64,000 nucleotides of DNA, taken from contig NC_043002.1 of assembly GCF_006345805.1 (NCBI RefSeq), positions 30,380,001-30,444,000 on the forward strand, in the 5' to 3' direction. This DNA comes from Octopus sinensis. Its lineage: Eukaryota. Each line of letters starts with the position of its first letter. Position 1 is the stretch's first letter. The notes below the pieces were generated by a model that was not told where the DNA came from, searched no databases, and was given only the letters and a program-made list of their open reading frames with translations. Both the position numbers and the translations under genes were made by a program. Shown piece by piece: positions 1-14,098 of the stretch.

Positions 1-9
1 ACACACACA

Positions 10-72
<63 letters not shown>
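1..72. repeat. (AC)n microsatellite
   Basis: Near-perfect AC dinucleotide run at window start. Confidence 0.95.
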
Positions 73-73
<1 letters not shown>

Positions 74-93
74 GAGAAAAATAAGTATTTTAC

Positions 94-233
94 CCATAGT
101 AGAGTCATAAAGCAATGAAACGTAGTTGAATATACGCTTTCAGAAAGTTTATTTATAATTGCCGAACCGGTTTCACAATTTTTCAGATTCTCCATAGTAA
201 TGAGATATGGACAATCCTGTAGTTCTACTATAT
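94..233 (-). CDS. Candidate internal coding exon of an unidentified host gene
   Basis: Minus strand: acceptor ttatttgcgacag|AT, 140 nt open in one frame ((x)IVELQDCPYLITMENLKNCETGSAIINKLSESVYSTTFHCFMTLLW), donor TGG|gtaaaa. Protein not recognised. Confidence 0.35.
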
Positions 234-621
234 CTGTCGCAAATAAATATTTAGTCCAGACGAATACAATATAGTTCCATTTTTTCTTATTTGCTTTCTC
301 TTTTTTTTTTGTGGGTGGGGGTTAATGGTAATTTTCTACACAGTACTTGTTTCTTTTATTTGTTGGTTTTCAAATTGGTGTGTTATTTTGAAAAACAAGC
401 GACCACAAAAATCAAGAAAAAGAAAAATGAAGAAGAAGAAAAGCAAACAATTTAGTTTTATAAAAGCTGACGGTAAACAAGTTGTAACTAACGAAATGGA
501 ATTAAGACGCAGACTTGTGACGAAACATGTTGACACATCATAATAGAGTGTAATAGGGAAGCATAAATGAAAATTGAGTAAAACATTTCTTTGTTTCTAA
601 ACGGCTAAAATTACACTTCTG

Positions 622-639
622 GTCTCTCTTGTACTCGTC

Positions 640-701
<62 letters not shown>

Positions 702-969
702 CATTTCTTCTCCTCTCTCCTCTCCTCTTTCTTGTATGTGTTTAGTCATACGTAGAAGCATAATAATTACGTGCACTGACGCTCGCATGCATATATATAT
801 ATATCAAAAGGTAATATTTATCCCTGCTAATTATACATACATACATATGTGTGCGTGTGTGTGTGTGCGTGTGAGAGAGAGTGCGTATATATATATTTAT
901 ATCCATGCATATGCATATGTATGTGTATGCGTGTTGGTATATATGTGTGTGTATGTATATATACATATG

Positions 970-1000
<31 letters not shown>

Positions 1001-1043
1001 TATATATATGTGCGTGTGTGTGAGTATATATACGTATGTGTGT

Positions 1044-1123
<80 letters not shown>

Positions 1124-1347
1124 CACACACATATTTATATGCATATATATTATCAACTTTCAAATATTTCCTTTTTTCCGCAATAGTTTTTTAAAACAAT
1201 TTGAATCTATTATCATATATCTATGTGTGTGTGTGCGTGTGCATTTGTGTGTACGCCAGTATATAAGTAGACATATATGTATGCTTTTATACATATTTGT
1301 GCACGTATATACATATATACCTACATACATATATATATATATACATA

Positions 1348-1395
<48 letters not shown>

Positions 1396-1398
1396 CAT

Positions 1399-1430
<32 letters not shown>

Positions 1431-1545
1431 TATATATATATATATATTATATATAATATATATATATATATATACTCATACATAGATATACATATACTCA
1501 TACATATACATACATATGTATATAAATATATACATATGGATACTA
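622..1545. repeat. Compound (CT)n / (TA)n / (CA)n microsatellite tract
   Basis: (CT)n at ~622-720 followed by interrupted TA, TG and CA runs; source of several spurious YI/HT/CV ORFs. Confidence 0.9.
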
Positions 1546-2258
1546 ATACATATCGCACAAAGGCACAGAGGGAAATATAGCTATGCCTCTGCTCTTTCAT
1601 ACATATATGCTAATTATCTGAATGTCTTCCGGCCGTGTAAAGCAGATGTGATGTCGGCAACACATAGTGACAGTTGATTACAGATTGTAATTTCCATTTT
1701 ACTCCTAGACTTTCCCACGATATATTATAGGTGGCGGCCATTTTGTTTTTGCTAAACCCAGCTTTCAGTCTCCAGGAAATTACGTAGTTTCGTCTACACA
1801 TACACACATATTACGTATTTTACATCTGCATACATACTGACATGTACACAGAAACTCTCACACAAACATACACACACATACACAAGCACACACACACACA
1901 CACACATATATATATACAAGTAAACTACATAATATATGCGCATACCCAGAAACTCATGGACGCTCACTCGTACACACGTCTGTATATATATGTGTTTGTG
2001 TGTTCTTTGTGAGTGTGTGTATGTATGTGGGTGTTGTGTATGTGTGTGATGGATTGTCCGAGTAAGCATGTAAGTGGAAGTGATTATGTCTGTGTGCGTA
2101 TGCATTTATGCATATTTATGCAGTATTATTTATTAAATAGCTTTAAGTCGCATTTATTAGTTTAAACGTTTGTCACATTCCCTTTGCACTGTGTCTGCAT
2201 ATGTGTATGTACATGTGTATATGCGTGTGTGTGTTTATGAGCGTTTATATATGCACGT

Positions 2259-2638
2259 ATGACAAGCTATTGGGTAACGCTAAAGGAACTGAAACTTTAC
2301 TCCCAAGTAAGAAGTTGTGAAAGATATGCAGTTATGTACATAAGGAAGATCCTGGAAAATCTAGGACCCATCTATGGAATTGAGAGCTAGTTCAGCCGCC
2401 GGGCAGGAACGCACTGCATAGTATTAAATATTCCGTCTTCTCCGTCTTGAATAAGTACGCAGTACAGTAACAGCTTGGTTTTAAAGGGTCTACAACTGTT
2501 GATTGTTCTGCGAAAGAGCCTGAGATATATGCACGTTGTAGATGTGGATATCGTTAAGACTTTTATCTAATATACTAGGTGAACCCACATCGCTGCAGGA
2601 TGAGCAGCTCTGTGCAGTTCACTGCTTCCCCAGAAATA
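2259..2638 (+). mobile_element. 5'-truncated, decayed CR1/L2-group LINE (ORF2 C-terminus)
   Basis: Reads MTSYWVTLKELKLYSQVRSCERYAVMYIRKILENLGPIYGIES*, matching the LINE C-terminal YW..LK.LKLYS..RR.ERY motif also seen at 61400-61500. Confidence 0.75.
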
Positions 2639-2899
2639 ATACAGAATAGAAACCCCAGCACACTGAAAGGTTGTGGTCAAGTTTTGCCTCAATGTTTGGC
2701 TGAAACAAATGAAAGAGACACGGTAACAGATACATACAGAGATAGTTTATAGTCATATAGATTAATAGATAGATAGATAGATAGAGAGAGATGTATTGAT
2801 AGAAAGATAGATGTGCCTGTATATAAAATGTTCATGAAGCACTGAGACTTCGAGCTATTTTTCTTATATATATATGCGTGCGTGCGTGCGTGCGTGCGC

Positions 2900-2930
<31 letters not shown>

Positions 2931-3111
2931 CGTGTGTGTGTATAGATAGAGATTTGTCTATACATCTATTCATCTATGTTTTATTCATACACCTTTCTTC
3001 CTACACCCCTTTCTCTCCTCTATCGCCATATCTGACCCTCGCTCACTCGCTTCATATCTGTCTACGTAACTCAGTTTGTACACCCATACGTGTATATATA
3101 TATATATATAT

Positions 3112-3178
<67 letters not shown>

Positions 3179-3208
3179 CGTGTGTATATATATATATATA
3201 CACACGTG

Positions 3209-3240
<32 letters not shown>

Positions 3241-3902
3241 CGTGTGTATATATATATATATATATATATACACGTATGTATGTATGCATGTATGCCTATA
3301 TGATTATTCATCTATCTATTTATCTGTCTGTTCGTCTATCAATCTTCAAGCTACTGACCTATAAAAGTCACATTTGACCTATTAAAGTATCTTCTTGTTT
3401 GTGTCGTTATGATTATCCTAATATTACTTCGCTTTTGTCATTGTTTTTCTCTTGTTTTTTGTTTTTTTTTCGGGTTTTCTAGTTTTATGTATTATGGCCG
3501 TCTTTGTTGTTATCGTTGTTGTTGCTGTCGGTTTTGAAGCTATTGTTGCCATTATTATGCGTATGCGCGGTTATCGTGATTATTCTGTTTATTGCTGTAG
3601 CTGTCTTTCTTTCCTTTGTTCATTGCTGTTGTAGCTGTTGGGTTTTTGTTACGCTTCTTTGTTGTCCTTCCCATTATATTTGTTGATGTTACTATTGCTG
3701 GTGGTGCTAATCCAGAGGTCAGCACTGATCCTACAGATCTAAGATGAAATATTTTGTTCTTTATTGTTTCAGTTATAGCATATCTACGATTTAAATTACA
3801 TGTTTATGTATGGGACAACGGCTTAAGCCTACGGGGACTAAAAACATGGTGCATTAAATCCGAGCGAAACAGAGTTCATTTAACAAGATACCTCTTATTA
3901 CG

Positions 3903-4006
3903 TCACCTGACGATAGACTTCATCACCAAGGGATGCACTTCAACTTTGTGTATAATTTCCCACCCGGTTGGGATTGATGCAGGATGTATCGAAACGATCG
4001 TTGTGA
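3903..4006 (+). ncRNA. Candidate (partly decayed) type I hammerhead ribozyme with long stem II
   Basis: TCAC-CTGACGA...GAAA-CGATCG-TT-GTGA: stem I TCAC/GTGA, palindromic stem III ACGATCGT; stem II has catca/tgatg and tccca/tggga helices but an imperfect base. Confidence 0.45.
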
Positions 4007-4060
4007 GCAATGAAGTTTCCCGTGTATTCATCCTGGTATATTCCATATACATACATACAT

Positions 4061-4118
4061 ACATACGGATGTATATATATATAATATATATATATATATA
4101 TAAATATATATACATATA

Positions 4119-4149
<31 letters not shown>

Positions 4150-4294
4150 TTGTGTGTGTGTATCCGCGACATCCTTTGCGTTCTGTTTTTGATTTCATTT
4201 GATACATATACATATAGGTAGATATAGATATATACGTATGTAAATATATATAAATGTATATGTGTGTGTGTGCGTATGCATAGATATACACTGA
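4061..4294 (+). repeat. Dispersed direct repeat copy 1 (copy 2 at 5582-5760)
   Basis: Shared tatccgcgacatcctttgcgttctg(t/g)ttttgatttcatttgatac...gcgtatgcatagatatacactga. Confidence 0.85.
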
Positions 4295-4576
4295 TATATA
4301 TGTACATTCTTTTACTCTACTTTTCTACTATTCTTCAACGTGTTTTAGCCTTGAGGCTACGGCCACGCTTTGGTACCGCCAGTTTCATAACCTTTTGGAT
4401 GGCCGTTCTTATGTAGTTGGTTTTGAAAGATATACATTCATATTTCAATTATTTGCCATCCAGATGTAAGCTTATCTGTGATCATGGAGAGCAGAAAGTT
4501 AAGTGACATCTTGAAAACACTTAACACTTATGCATGCAAATCTCATAGGTGTTCTGGATATCCAATAGCTCTTGGC

Positions 4577-4639
<63 letters not shown>

Positions 4640-4983
4640 CACATAATTTTGTATTTCTATATTTATATATCCAAATTTATGGTAATTTAATAGATGCTAC
4701 TTAATTCTGACAACCACCCATCCACCCTACTTAGACTTTCTATGGTCTTCACGCTGGATGAACAAGGTTGTAAAGTACCTAGTAGACATACAAACATAGA
4801 AACACACACCCATACACTGACATACAGACAGACTACAACATCCACTCACAAATTTGCACACATATAAAGTGACACACACAGACACACACACACATATATA
4901 TATATATGTGTGTATGTGTGTGTGTGTATGTATGTGTGTGTATATTAATATATACGTGCATACACACACATATATGTATGCAC

Positions 4984-5015
<32 letters not shown>

Positions 5016-5581
5016 GCATTGTGTTAGTGAGTTAAGGAGGTATGTGCGTGTAAGGGCGTTTGTTAGTGTACTTATGCGTATGCCAGTCAAATTAAGACAT
5101 TTGCTCCTTATGTCTATTTTCTCTGTAAAATAAGATAGTATGATTACGAAATAGTGCTACCGGGTTAGAGTAATATAGATAGAGAGAGAGAGAGAGAGAG
5201 AGGCAGACATACTGAATGAAAGAGAAAGAAAGATAGGTGAAGACAGGGAATGGAGATAGTGCGAGAGATGGACAAAGATAAAGGCAAACGAGAGATCAGT
5301 GGGTAGAGACAAAGGGGTGTATATAGATGGGGCAGAGTAATGGTGAGAGATTTATTTCAACCATCTAAATGATTTATTAACGGATATTTAAAATTTATTA
5401 CTAATGATTTTACTACATTTTTTACTGAAATATCTAAATAATTTCTGGATAATATCTCAGTATAGATATTTCATCTTACTCACGTCCATCCTACTCCTCT
5501 TAAAAATTCTGTATATTACACATACATACATACATACATACATACATACATACATACATACATACATACATACATACACAT

Positions 5582-5760
5582 ACATACGGATGTATATATA
5601 TATGCATATATGTATATGTGTGTGTGTGTATCCGCGACATCCTTTGCGTTCTGGTTTTGATTTCATTTGATACATATACATATAGGTAGATATAGATATA
5701 TATGTATGTAAATATATATAAATATATGTGTGTGTGTGCGTATGCATAGATATACACTGA
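5582..5760 (+). repeat. Dispersed direct repeat copy 2
   Basis: Near-identical to 4061-4294 except for microsatellite lengths. Confidence 0.85.
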
Positions 5761-5864
5761 ATGCACATTATGAAACCGAAGTTTGAGATTGAGAAACGGA
5801 TAACAATACCGACAGATGGGAGTCAAACGACGTAAGTATATATGTACGTGTATTACAATATTTA

Positions 5865-5962
5865 AAATTATTATTGTAGTTGTTGCTATTATTATTGTTG
5901 TTGTTGTTGTTATTATTATTATTGTTGTTGTTGTTATTATTATTTATTATAATAATAATATA

Positions 5963-6010
<48 letters not shown>
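5865..6010. repeat. (ATT/GTT)n trinucleotide microsatellite
   Basis: Direct inspection. Confidence 0.9.
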
Positions 6011-6506
6011 TCTATCATCATGAGTATTTTATGTATGTGTGCATGTGTAATTCATATGTCTTTCAATATCTTTCTCTCTCTCTCCCCCTTCTTTCTCTCT
6101 CCCCCTTCTCTCTTTCTCCATATATACATGTATATATATACACTTGAAGTGCACATGCATATGTGTATACATATATATGTATGTACGACATATACATACT
6201 TACGTACGACCATACGCAGCAAACTGAATAATATACATAAACAATGCGTGTCAACGTATATACCTATACAAAATCACACACATTTATGCATCTAAGTATG
6301 TATCAATATATATATGCATAACTGCACATATGTATATATATATATATATATATATATTATACACGCACATATATACAGTATTAATTTCTTTCTGTTGGCC
6401 ACATAGGTAAATATTTGAGTAATTTAATATTCGCATATATATATATATATATATATAATATATAATATATATATTATACATATGCATTTATACATATATA
6501 TATGTT

Positions 6507-6554
<48 letters not shown>

Positions 6555-7267
6555 GAATTATGTATAAATATTATATGTGAGCAATCATATCAGCAAAATC
6601 TTACTCTGCCCAACTACCACTATCACCACCACCACCACCACCACCACTTACAAACACATTTACATACAATTACATGCTAAATGTCTACTTATGATATATC
6701 GTTTTCTTTATGTTTGTTTGTTGGCATTCGTCTTGAAGAAGAGAAAGAAAGAGAGAGGAAGGTGAAAAGAAATACGAGTAAAATAAAAAAAGGGCAAAAG
6801 AATAGAAAGAAGTAAAAAAAAAGATAAAAAAGAACATTAACAACGACAATAATAATACAAACAGCAACATCAGCAAATATGATAATAGCAAAAAAAAATT
6901 TATACATATATAAATAAGTGTAAAAATGATATATAGAAAGAAAATAAAATCAGCTTGTATGAAAGTATTTGGCAGAAATATTTGCCAAGTCATTAAAAAT
7001 ACATTTAAGAAACGTCTTTATAGATAAATATATTTATATTTTTCTTTAACTTCTTATCATGCTAAATAAACTAGATTAAAAACTCATTTATTTTCTATGA
7101 TATTCATATGTATATATGTGTATATGCATAAGTTCGTGTGCATAATATATTTGTATATATGCAAACACACACACACACGCACATACACATATATATTTAT
7201 ATATAAGCCCACATATATATATGCATATATATATGTATGTATTATATATAAATATATATGTATGTAT

Positions 7268-7311
<44 letters not shown>

Positions 7312-7418
7312 TCTATATATGTGTGTGTGTGTGTGTGTAAATACATACAATTAAGCACTCATATAGATAGAGATTATTTAATTCATTTTTTTATTGAAAT
7401 TGTTGATGTTGTTCTTTC

Positions 7419-7475
<57 letters not shown>

Positions 7476-7593
7476 GCAACAATCATATATGTTCGCGTGT
7501 GAATCTGTGTAATAATATTACGTGTGTATGAATATATGAATATATGTGTGTATATATATATTATATATATATAGATATATATATATATGTATG

Positions 7594-7628
<35 letters not shown>

Positions 7629-8579
7629 GATATATATTCATACACACATATATACATAAGTACATACATGCATACATACATACGTATACGCACTCATATA
7701 TGTGTAAACGCGCAGACACTTTTTGCCTGAGAATGTACAGTGTTAATGGCGTCGGTGGCGGTTAATGTGACGTCAGAAGTGGTGTTAATATAAGTTTCCG
7801 GCCTTGTGCCTATCTTTAATAATCGCTGCCATATTATAATGTAGGTGATGGCGTTGACATTGATGATATGCGTCTCCTTCTTAATGACTTTTATTTATTT
7901 ATTTATTTTTTATGGAGCTGATAGTGCTCAAAATAATCACACGGAAATCATGTTAGCGCTGTTGTTATTATTCTGGTTATTGTTTATTATTTCTTCATTG
8001 TTTGATTTATTATTATCATTATTACTATCATAGTTGTTGTTGCTGTAGTTACTCTTGTTGTTGTTGTTATTATTATTATTTTATTATTGCGACGTTTCAA
8101 CTCTGTGGTGCGGTGCCGGTGTTGATAAGTGATGGTTTTGCTTTTATTGATAATTTCTCATAAATTGTTATATTTTTTATTTAATTTCTTTTTTTTTTGG
8201 TAAAAAATAACCAAACTTTATTTATTATTTAAGCAGTTTTTAAATGCTTTTTTTTTTATAATAAAAGAAAACGAAAACAAAATTTCGCTATATTGTACTA
8301 GCAATATCTTTGGTGATAGATAACCTCATTTCTCATCAACAATCTTGGTTCAAAAATCATTGTTACCATGACTACTAGCACCACCTTCTCTACTGCCACC
8401 CATGTTGATGCTGTCATCCTCCTTCTCGTCTTCGTCCTACCCTTCCTCCTACTCATCCTCATCCTTCTCATTGTTGTCATCATCATCTTCATCATCTCGA
8501 ATTACAAAAGCACGAAATGCATGTGATGTTTGCATCATATTCGATTTTTTATTATTACTTTTCATTTTCTTTTTTCCAG

Positions 8580-8639
8580 ACAGATGTACTTCATCCAGAA
8601 GTACTGGAGAGTCACCAATAACTATCATGTTTATCACAG
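8580..8639 (+). CDS. Weak candidate 60-nt symmetric exon
   Basis: Strong polypyrimidine acceptor ttttcttttttccag|A, frame QMYFIQKYWRVTNNYHVYH, donor CAG|gtactc; the frame stays open to 8898. Not recognised. Confidence 0.22.
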
Positions 8640-9061
8640 GTACTCCACCACTGGCTATGTTCTGACCATCACCACGACACCACACCTTCACACCTTAAGT
8701 ATTGATCCGGGTACCATAATTTTACTCCTGACAGTCAGCTCCAATGAACCCCAGAAATCTACACCAATGCATGATGTTGCTCTCTGTTTTTTAAGGCGAC
8801 ACAGGTCTGCTGTGCATACGCAAGACTACACCATAATATTTGTGGGTTTCTATTTTTTAAAGGCATGCTACATATCTCAGGCCTGGGTTCAAGTTTAGTA
8901 CGTCTTTCATATAAATATATTTAATTTTAGAATTAAGATTATTATTTCGCGACTAATTTAAGAATAACAACAGAGCCCTTACTTATATTGTAACTGTATG
9001 TGCTTCCTCGATACAATCGTATGTATATGAGTATGTGCTTTTTATTATTATTCTTTGAATG

Positions 9062-9262
9062 AAGGCAGAGAGCAGGAAGACACGTTAGTACACAGGGCAA
9101 AACACTTAGCGGCATTTCTTCCGACTTTTCGTTTTCAGTTCAAATTTCACCGTGATTGATTTTGCCTTTCATTCTTTTGGAGGCGATCGATAAAATAAGT
9201 AGTGGTTAATTACTCGGGTCGATGTAATTGATAAATCTCCTTCTCCAAAATTTAAAGCCTTG
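9062..9262 (+). mobile_element. Diverged tRNA-derived SINE (family of 63664-63898)
   Basis: aaggcagagagcaggaaga...gttcaaatttcaccg..gattttgcctttcattc..gataaaataagta...gggtcgatgtaattga aligns by eye with the 63664 copy. Confidence 0.75.
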
Positions 9263-11269
9263 TACTTATTTCAGAAAGGGAAGTCACTTTACAAAAAGCA
9301 AAACTTCACCATTGGGGATTTTCCTGGCGGTAACAATATAGCTTCATATCATGAGTTTCAGTAAGTTTATACATATTTATGATTTCCAATAAGTGAATAA
9401 TTGCAGAGAATATGACACATTTGATCTATGTTTTGGTTTGAATATGCAACCAGTTTCATTCAACTTGTTTTATACTATTCCTGTTATTTTTTGTGTTTCT
9501 CTTTTCATTGTCGCCCTTACACGCTTCGAAAGACCAAATTCAATGAACCTAAGTCTTCCTAACTCCTGCCAGAGTGATGAAATTCCACAGACTTGGCCAG
9601 GTACATATGACCTTTGAAGGAAATCGCAACTGACTACAGCATAACGTGGATAATCTGAGTATAGCAGAAACTGCATTAAATGTTTAGCCGAGAAAAGAAC
9701 CATATTAACAATCTTTCAGAACAGACCCCTCAAGAATATCACCTTCGGGATTTTTACCACCATACCCTGAGAAGCCAGCAAAGAGATAGAAACACACACA
9801 AACGTACAAACAGACACATATGCGCCTTAACATGGTCCTTGGCTTTTAGGCACCTGCTCATGCACCTAGCCACCCAAAGCCTTACGCATAATAATACCAT
9901 AAATACATTCCAAACCTAGACGAGCACTAACCCTTAACTCTCTACACATAGACATCATCTCAGAAAACATCAGGGGCACTTTTGGAGTCAAGGCACACAG
10001 CACTTGATATAACCCTTATTCAGTTTGTCATCTGTTTTCACGGCAGACACAAACCGGATGTAGTTCTTCACCTCCAAAAACAGAGATTAATCACTATAAT
10101 TTGTTTCCTTACCTGCCTGCTCTGACGGCACGCGGTATTACGTAACTGTGCTTCTACTTCATATACGGTGCGAAACCGATTAGCAAGATCGGCCTCGATG
10201 AATATATAATACTATACACTTTGATTGTATATGAAGTTAGATAGATTACATTTGTTTCCTCCGAAGGAAGGTATTGTTCAGATGAGCCATGTGCAGACTG
10301 CGTGGATCTATAAGCGAATACTCCAATACCTTTTATTTCGAAATATATTTAGTTTATCTAGATTAAATCGCTATGATTGTTATCTTCACTAATTTATTAC
10401 AACATATTTCACTACTTTTCCCCGCTACCTACATTTTTATATTACATCGTAATTATTTCTGTTCATCATTGTAATGTTATTGTAACAGCTGTTGTTATAA
10501 ATATTGATCATGTTTGATAGACATCGGTAAGAACTAGATTTGGATTCTTTTAACTTTATTATCCACGATGTGGAGATCATCCTGCCAGTTTTGAATTGAC
10601 TTTCATTAGCGAATCACTTCGTGGTGAGCGATATTTTGCAGAAATTAGCCCCATACCAACGAGAAAATATCAATAATTGCATTCCTGGCAGGAAACTTGC
10701 AATGAAGATCAATTATATATACTGCCCCAGATTAAATGTTTTTCGGATTTCCTTACGATGTATATTCAATATATTCAATGTAAATCTTCCTAAACACTAA
10801 GTAAATTCTGCACTTCAAAACGCATGCACATACACACACACACACACTCTTTCACACACACACTCTTTCACACGCACACACTCTCACACGCACGCACACT
10901 CTCACATACACCAACACTCATACACATCCACTCTCTCACACACACACTCACTCACACACAAAAACACACACACATACCCACTCTCTCTCTCATAAACACA
11001 CATTCAGAGAAACATTCGCACATATATCTCTGACTATCAGGCAGCCAGAACGCTGTAGCTCTGAAGAAGATAAAGGAAGATTTCCGTTCCCTACTTGTTC
11101 CAATTCATCAATTATAGATGAATTGATATATGTAACTAAGACGTCTCTCCAACATTTTATTGGAAATATTGGTAAGCTAACTGGAATGAATGTATAAAAA
11201 TCCAATTGCTGTGTGCATTATCTATCTGTTTATATATTTGAGTGTGTCAGTGTGTGTGACTGTGGTTTC

Positions 11270-12253
11270 TTCGAAGTCTTGTGTTATTTGGAACGAACAC
11301 TGCAATAATTTCAGCTATATTCTTCTTAACAAATTCGCCATCAGAATATGAGCGTTTAGCACGAGCGATATTCCATGACATGAAAAAACTGGCTTCAGTC
11401 GTTGTATCAACTTCCTAACTAATCGTTGTCAACAGTGTCTGCTGGCTATTTAGTGATGATTTTAACAGTTATCTTCTTTTTCCTTAATTCTGATTAAAGT
11501 TAATAACCATACGGAAAGTTTTTTTGTGATTTGTTTCATAGTGGCGTTTCAGGTTACTGGCTTTGTAATGACAGACTGACACACGGCAGATAAAGCACAC
11601 AGGTTTACCTCTTTTGACGGTGTATGCAAAATCTTCCTCCCCATCGTGTTTAGAATTTCTGTTTTCATCTTCGTCTTTTCGTTTCTTACAATTTGAGGAG
11701 GCCATCTTCCTTCACAAAATTTTCACAGACACCTTGAAACAAAACTTGTATCCGAAGTGTACCAACTAGGTCTGCACAGTTCAGTGTCTTGTGTTACACT
11801 GCATTAATGTACATGACATAAGTGCGGTCGAGACTAGACTCATTAAACCACATGTGACCACTTTCACTCTCCCGGTGCACTGAAGCCTTTAATCCCCTAA
11901 CCCATGACCTCACACTTCTGACATTCCTCTGTAACCCTTGCTGACCGGGAATTTCTTTAATCTCCCTGCCTCCCACCATTCCTTCCCTAACGAATAATGC
12001 CTCACTCAGATCTAGTATTAAAATTAGGATTTAAATATTTAAATATTTTTACTAAACATGAACTTTAAACTTACGTTTTAATCCAGTGGGTTCTCAATTT
12101 ATACACAGTAAATAATTATAAAGGTTGAATTATTTCTTATTTCCCTTTTATACTATGATGAAAAAAGAAGCTCATCCAACATATTTTCACGAGCCGCATA
12201 TTAAAGGTCAAAGAGCTACATGTGTCTCGCGAGTCGCAATTTGACCACCTCTG
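11270..12253 (-). mobile_element. hAT (Charlie/Buster-type) transposon fossil: 5' end plus transposase N-terminus
   Basis: ORF 11484-11705 has a BED-like CFIC...SNLKRHYETNH motif; it continues as TEASFFMSWNIARAKRSYSDGEFVKKNI across stops; hAT-style terminus CAGAGGTGGTCAAATTGCGACTCGCGAG ends at 12253. Confidence 0.85.
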
Positions 12254-13116
12254 GCTTACAATATATCAGGTAAAATTACCCCTTAGACGGAGAAAAAAAT
12301 TAGGTGAATACGCTTGGGAAATTGATCCCATTGTTCACCTTATACAGGACAGCTGTCATAAAACATCAAGGGAACCAGTCAAGTTTCAGAACTCCAAATA
12401 AGAAGCTTTAGAAGCAGACTAAACCAGTGATCCGGTATGAATCATCTTGTAGCACGGCTCAAATATCTGAAAATGCTGTTATATACGACGTATCCTGGAT
12501 ATGATGTGCAGACACGTGATTGCCGAAGATTCTTTGAAGAATGACTTCAACATCGAATCTAGAGATATAAGCAATTCATCACTTCTATATCTTCTTCAAA
12601 GAATGGTGCTCCTCAGGAATAGCGGCATATCATCTACACCAAGGCTAATCCAACCCACGCGTCTGCATTTTTCTTGGCACTTTTATAGTTTTCCGCCTAT
12701 CACAAAGATAAATACAAGGCACTCAGATACATATTCAGACGCATATGCGCTCATAAATACACACACAGACGAAAACACAAACAAACAAACAAACACAGTC
12801 ACACACACACACAAGTACACACACACAGACAAACACACACACAGACACACAGACATGCACACACACATTTTTTTAAAAACCTTACTACCTAGAGAAAGTT
12901 AACTCATATTCATAACTGAAATCTAGCTGATGGCGACTGACCTCTACGTAGGCAAAACTGATCTGTCTATATTCACCGACTCTTTCACATCTCGTGATAC
13001 CTAGCTTTTGACAAGTACGCAAGCTTCTGCAGATAGATGATACACACGTATACACACATAGCAAGCACACGCATCTATATTCAGACATTAACACATATAT
13101 ACATGTAAAAAAAAAA

Positions 13117-13147
<31 letters not shown>

Positions 13148-13213
13148 ATATATATATTATATATGTATGTATATATATATATATATATATAATATATATA
13201 TATATACATACAT

Positions 13214-13257
<44 letters not shown>

Positions 13258-13268
13258 TATATATATAT

Positions 13269-13334
<66 letters not shown>

Positions 13335-14098
13335 ATAATATATATATATATATATTATATATGTATATGTATATATATATATAATATATATATATGTATA
13401 TATATATATGTATATATGTATGTATATTTACATATTACTGTGAATATATACTTATACCCAGATGTATACATACGTATATACATGCATACATACATATAAA
13501 CATTTGATGGTGTTTAAGTGTTTACAGGTGTACACCTGACATTTACACATCTATTGCACGTATATATACATGCTAAATTTATGCATATCCAATTTCCCTC
13601 AGGAGAACTGCTTAGTGTGGGTGTCTATGCAGATATATAAAATATACATATCATCATACATACACATTTATATATACACAAACACACTCACATACACATA
13701 CACATACTCTCAGACACACACTCAGAGATACACACAGACACATATGTATGTGTGTATATATATATATATATTAAGAGGGTATGATTTATGTTAGATTGTT
13801 AGGGATGGTGGTACGTTTCAATAGCTGTGTTTATTGATAGAAAGTTCAGGAATTTCATATAAAAGGTGAGACAGAAATAGACGACCGGCCGTGTGAGATG
13901 TTCCTGCGAGGAAAATTGGGATCTAAGAATATAAATGCACCTATACTTAATTTTCATATATAAATGTCAATTTAATAGGTAGGCATTGTGAAACTTATAG
14001 ATATACGTATACACAGCAACACAAGGTCATATATATTACTTGCGTCGTTATGTGGCTGATCGCTTGTGCTTACATACACAGACATTCACACACACATA

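Noticed and set aside
325-543. 72-aa ORF with a lysine-rich stretch
   Set aside because: A-rich low complexity, no recognisable motif, weak splice context.
1732-1745. YY1-like GGCGGCCATTTTG
   Set aside because: Isolated short motif, not supportable from sequence alone.
7768-7801. CRE palindrome TGACGTCA with nearby TTCCGG
   Set aside because: One 8-mer per 64 kb is expected by chance; no other promoter evidence.
10113-10210. Minus-strand exon ending at CAG|gtaagg (FIEADLANRFRTVYEVEAQLRNTACRQSRQ)
   Set aside because: Strong donor but no credible acceptor, and the phase does not link to the 94-233 candidate.
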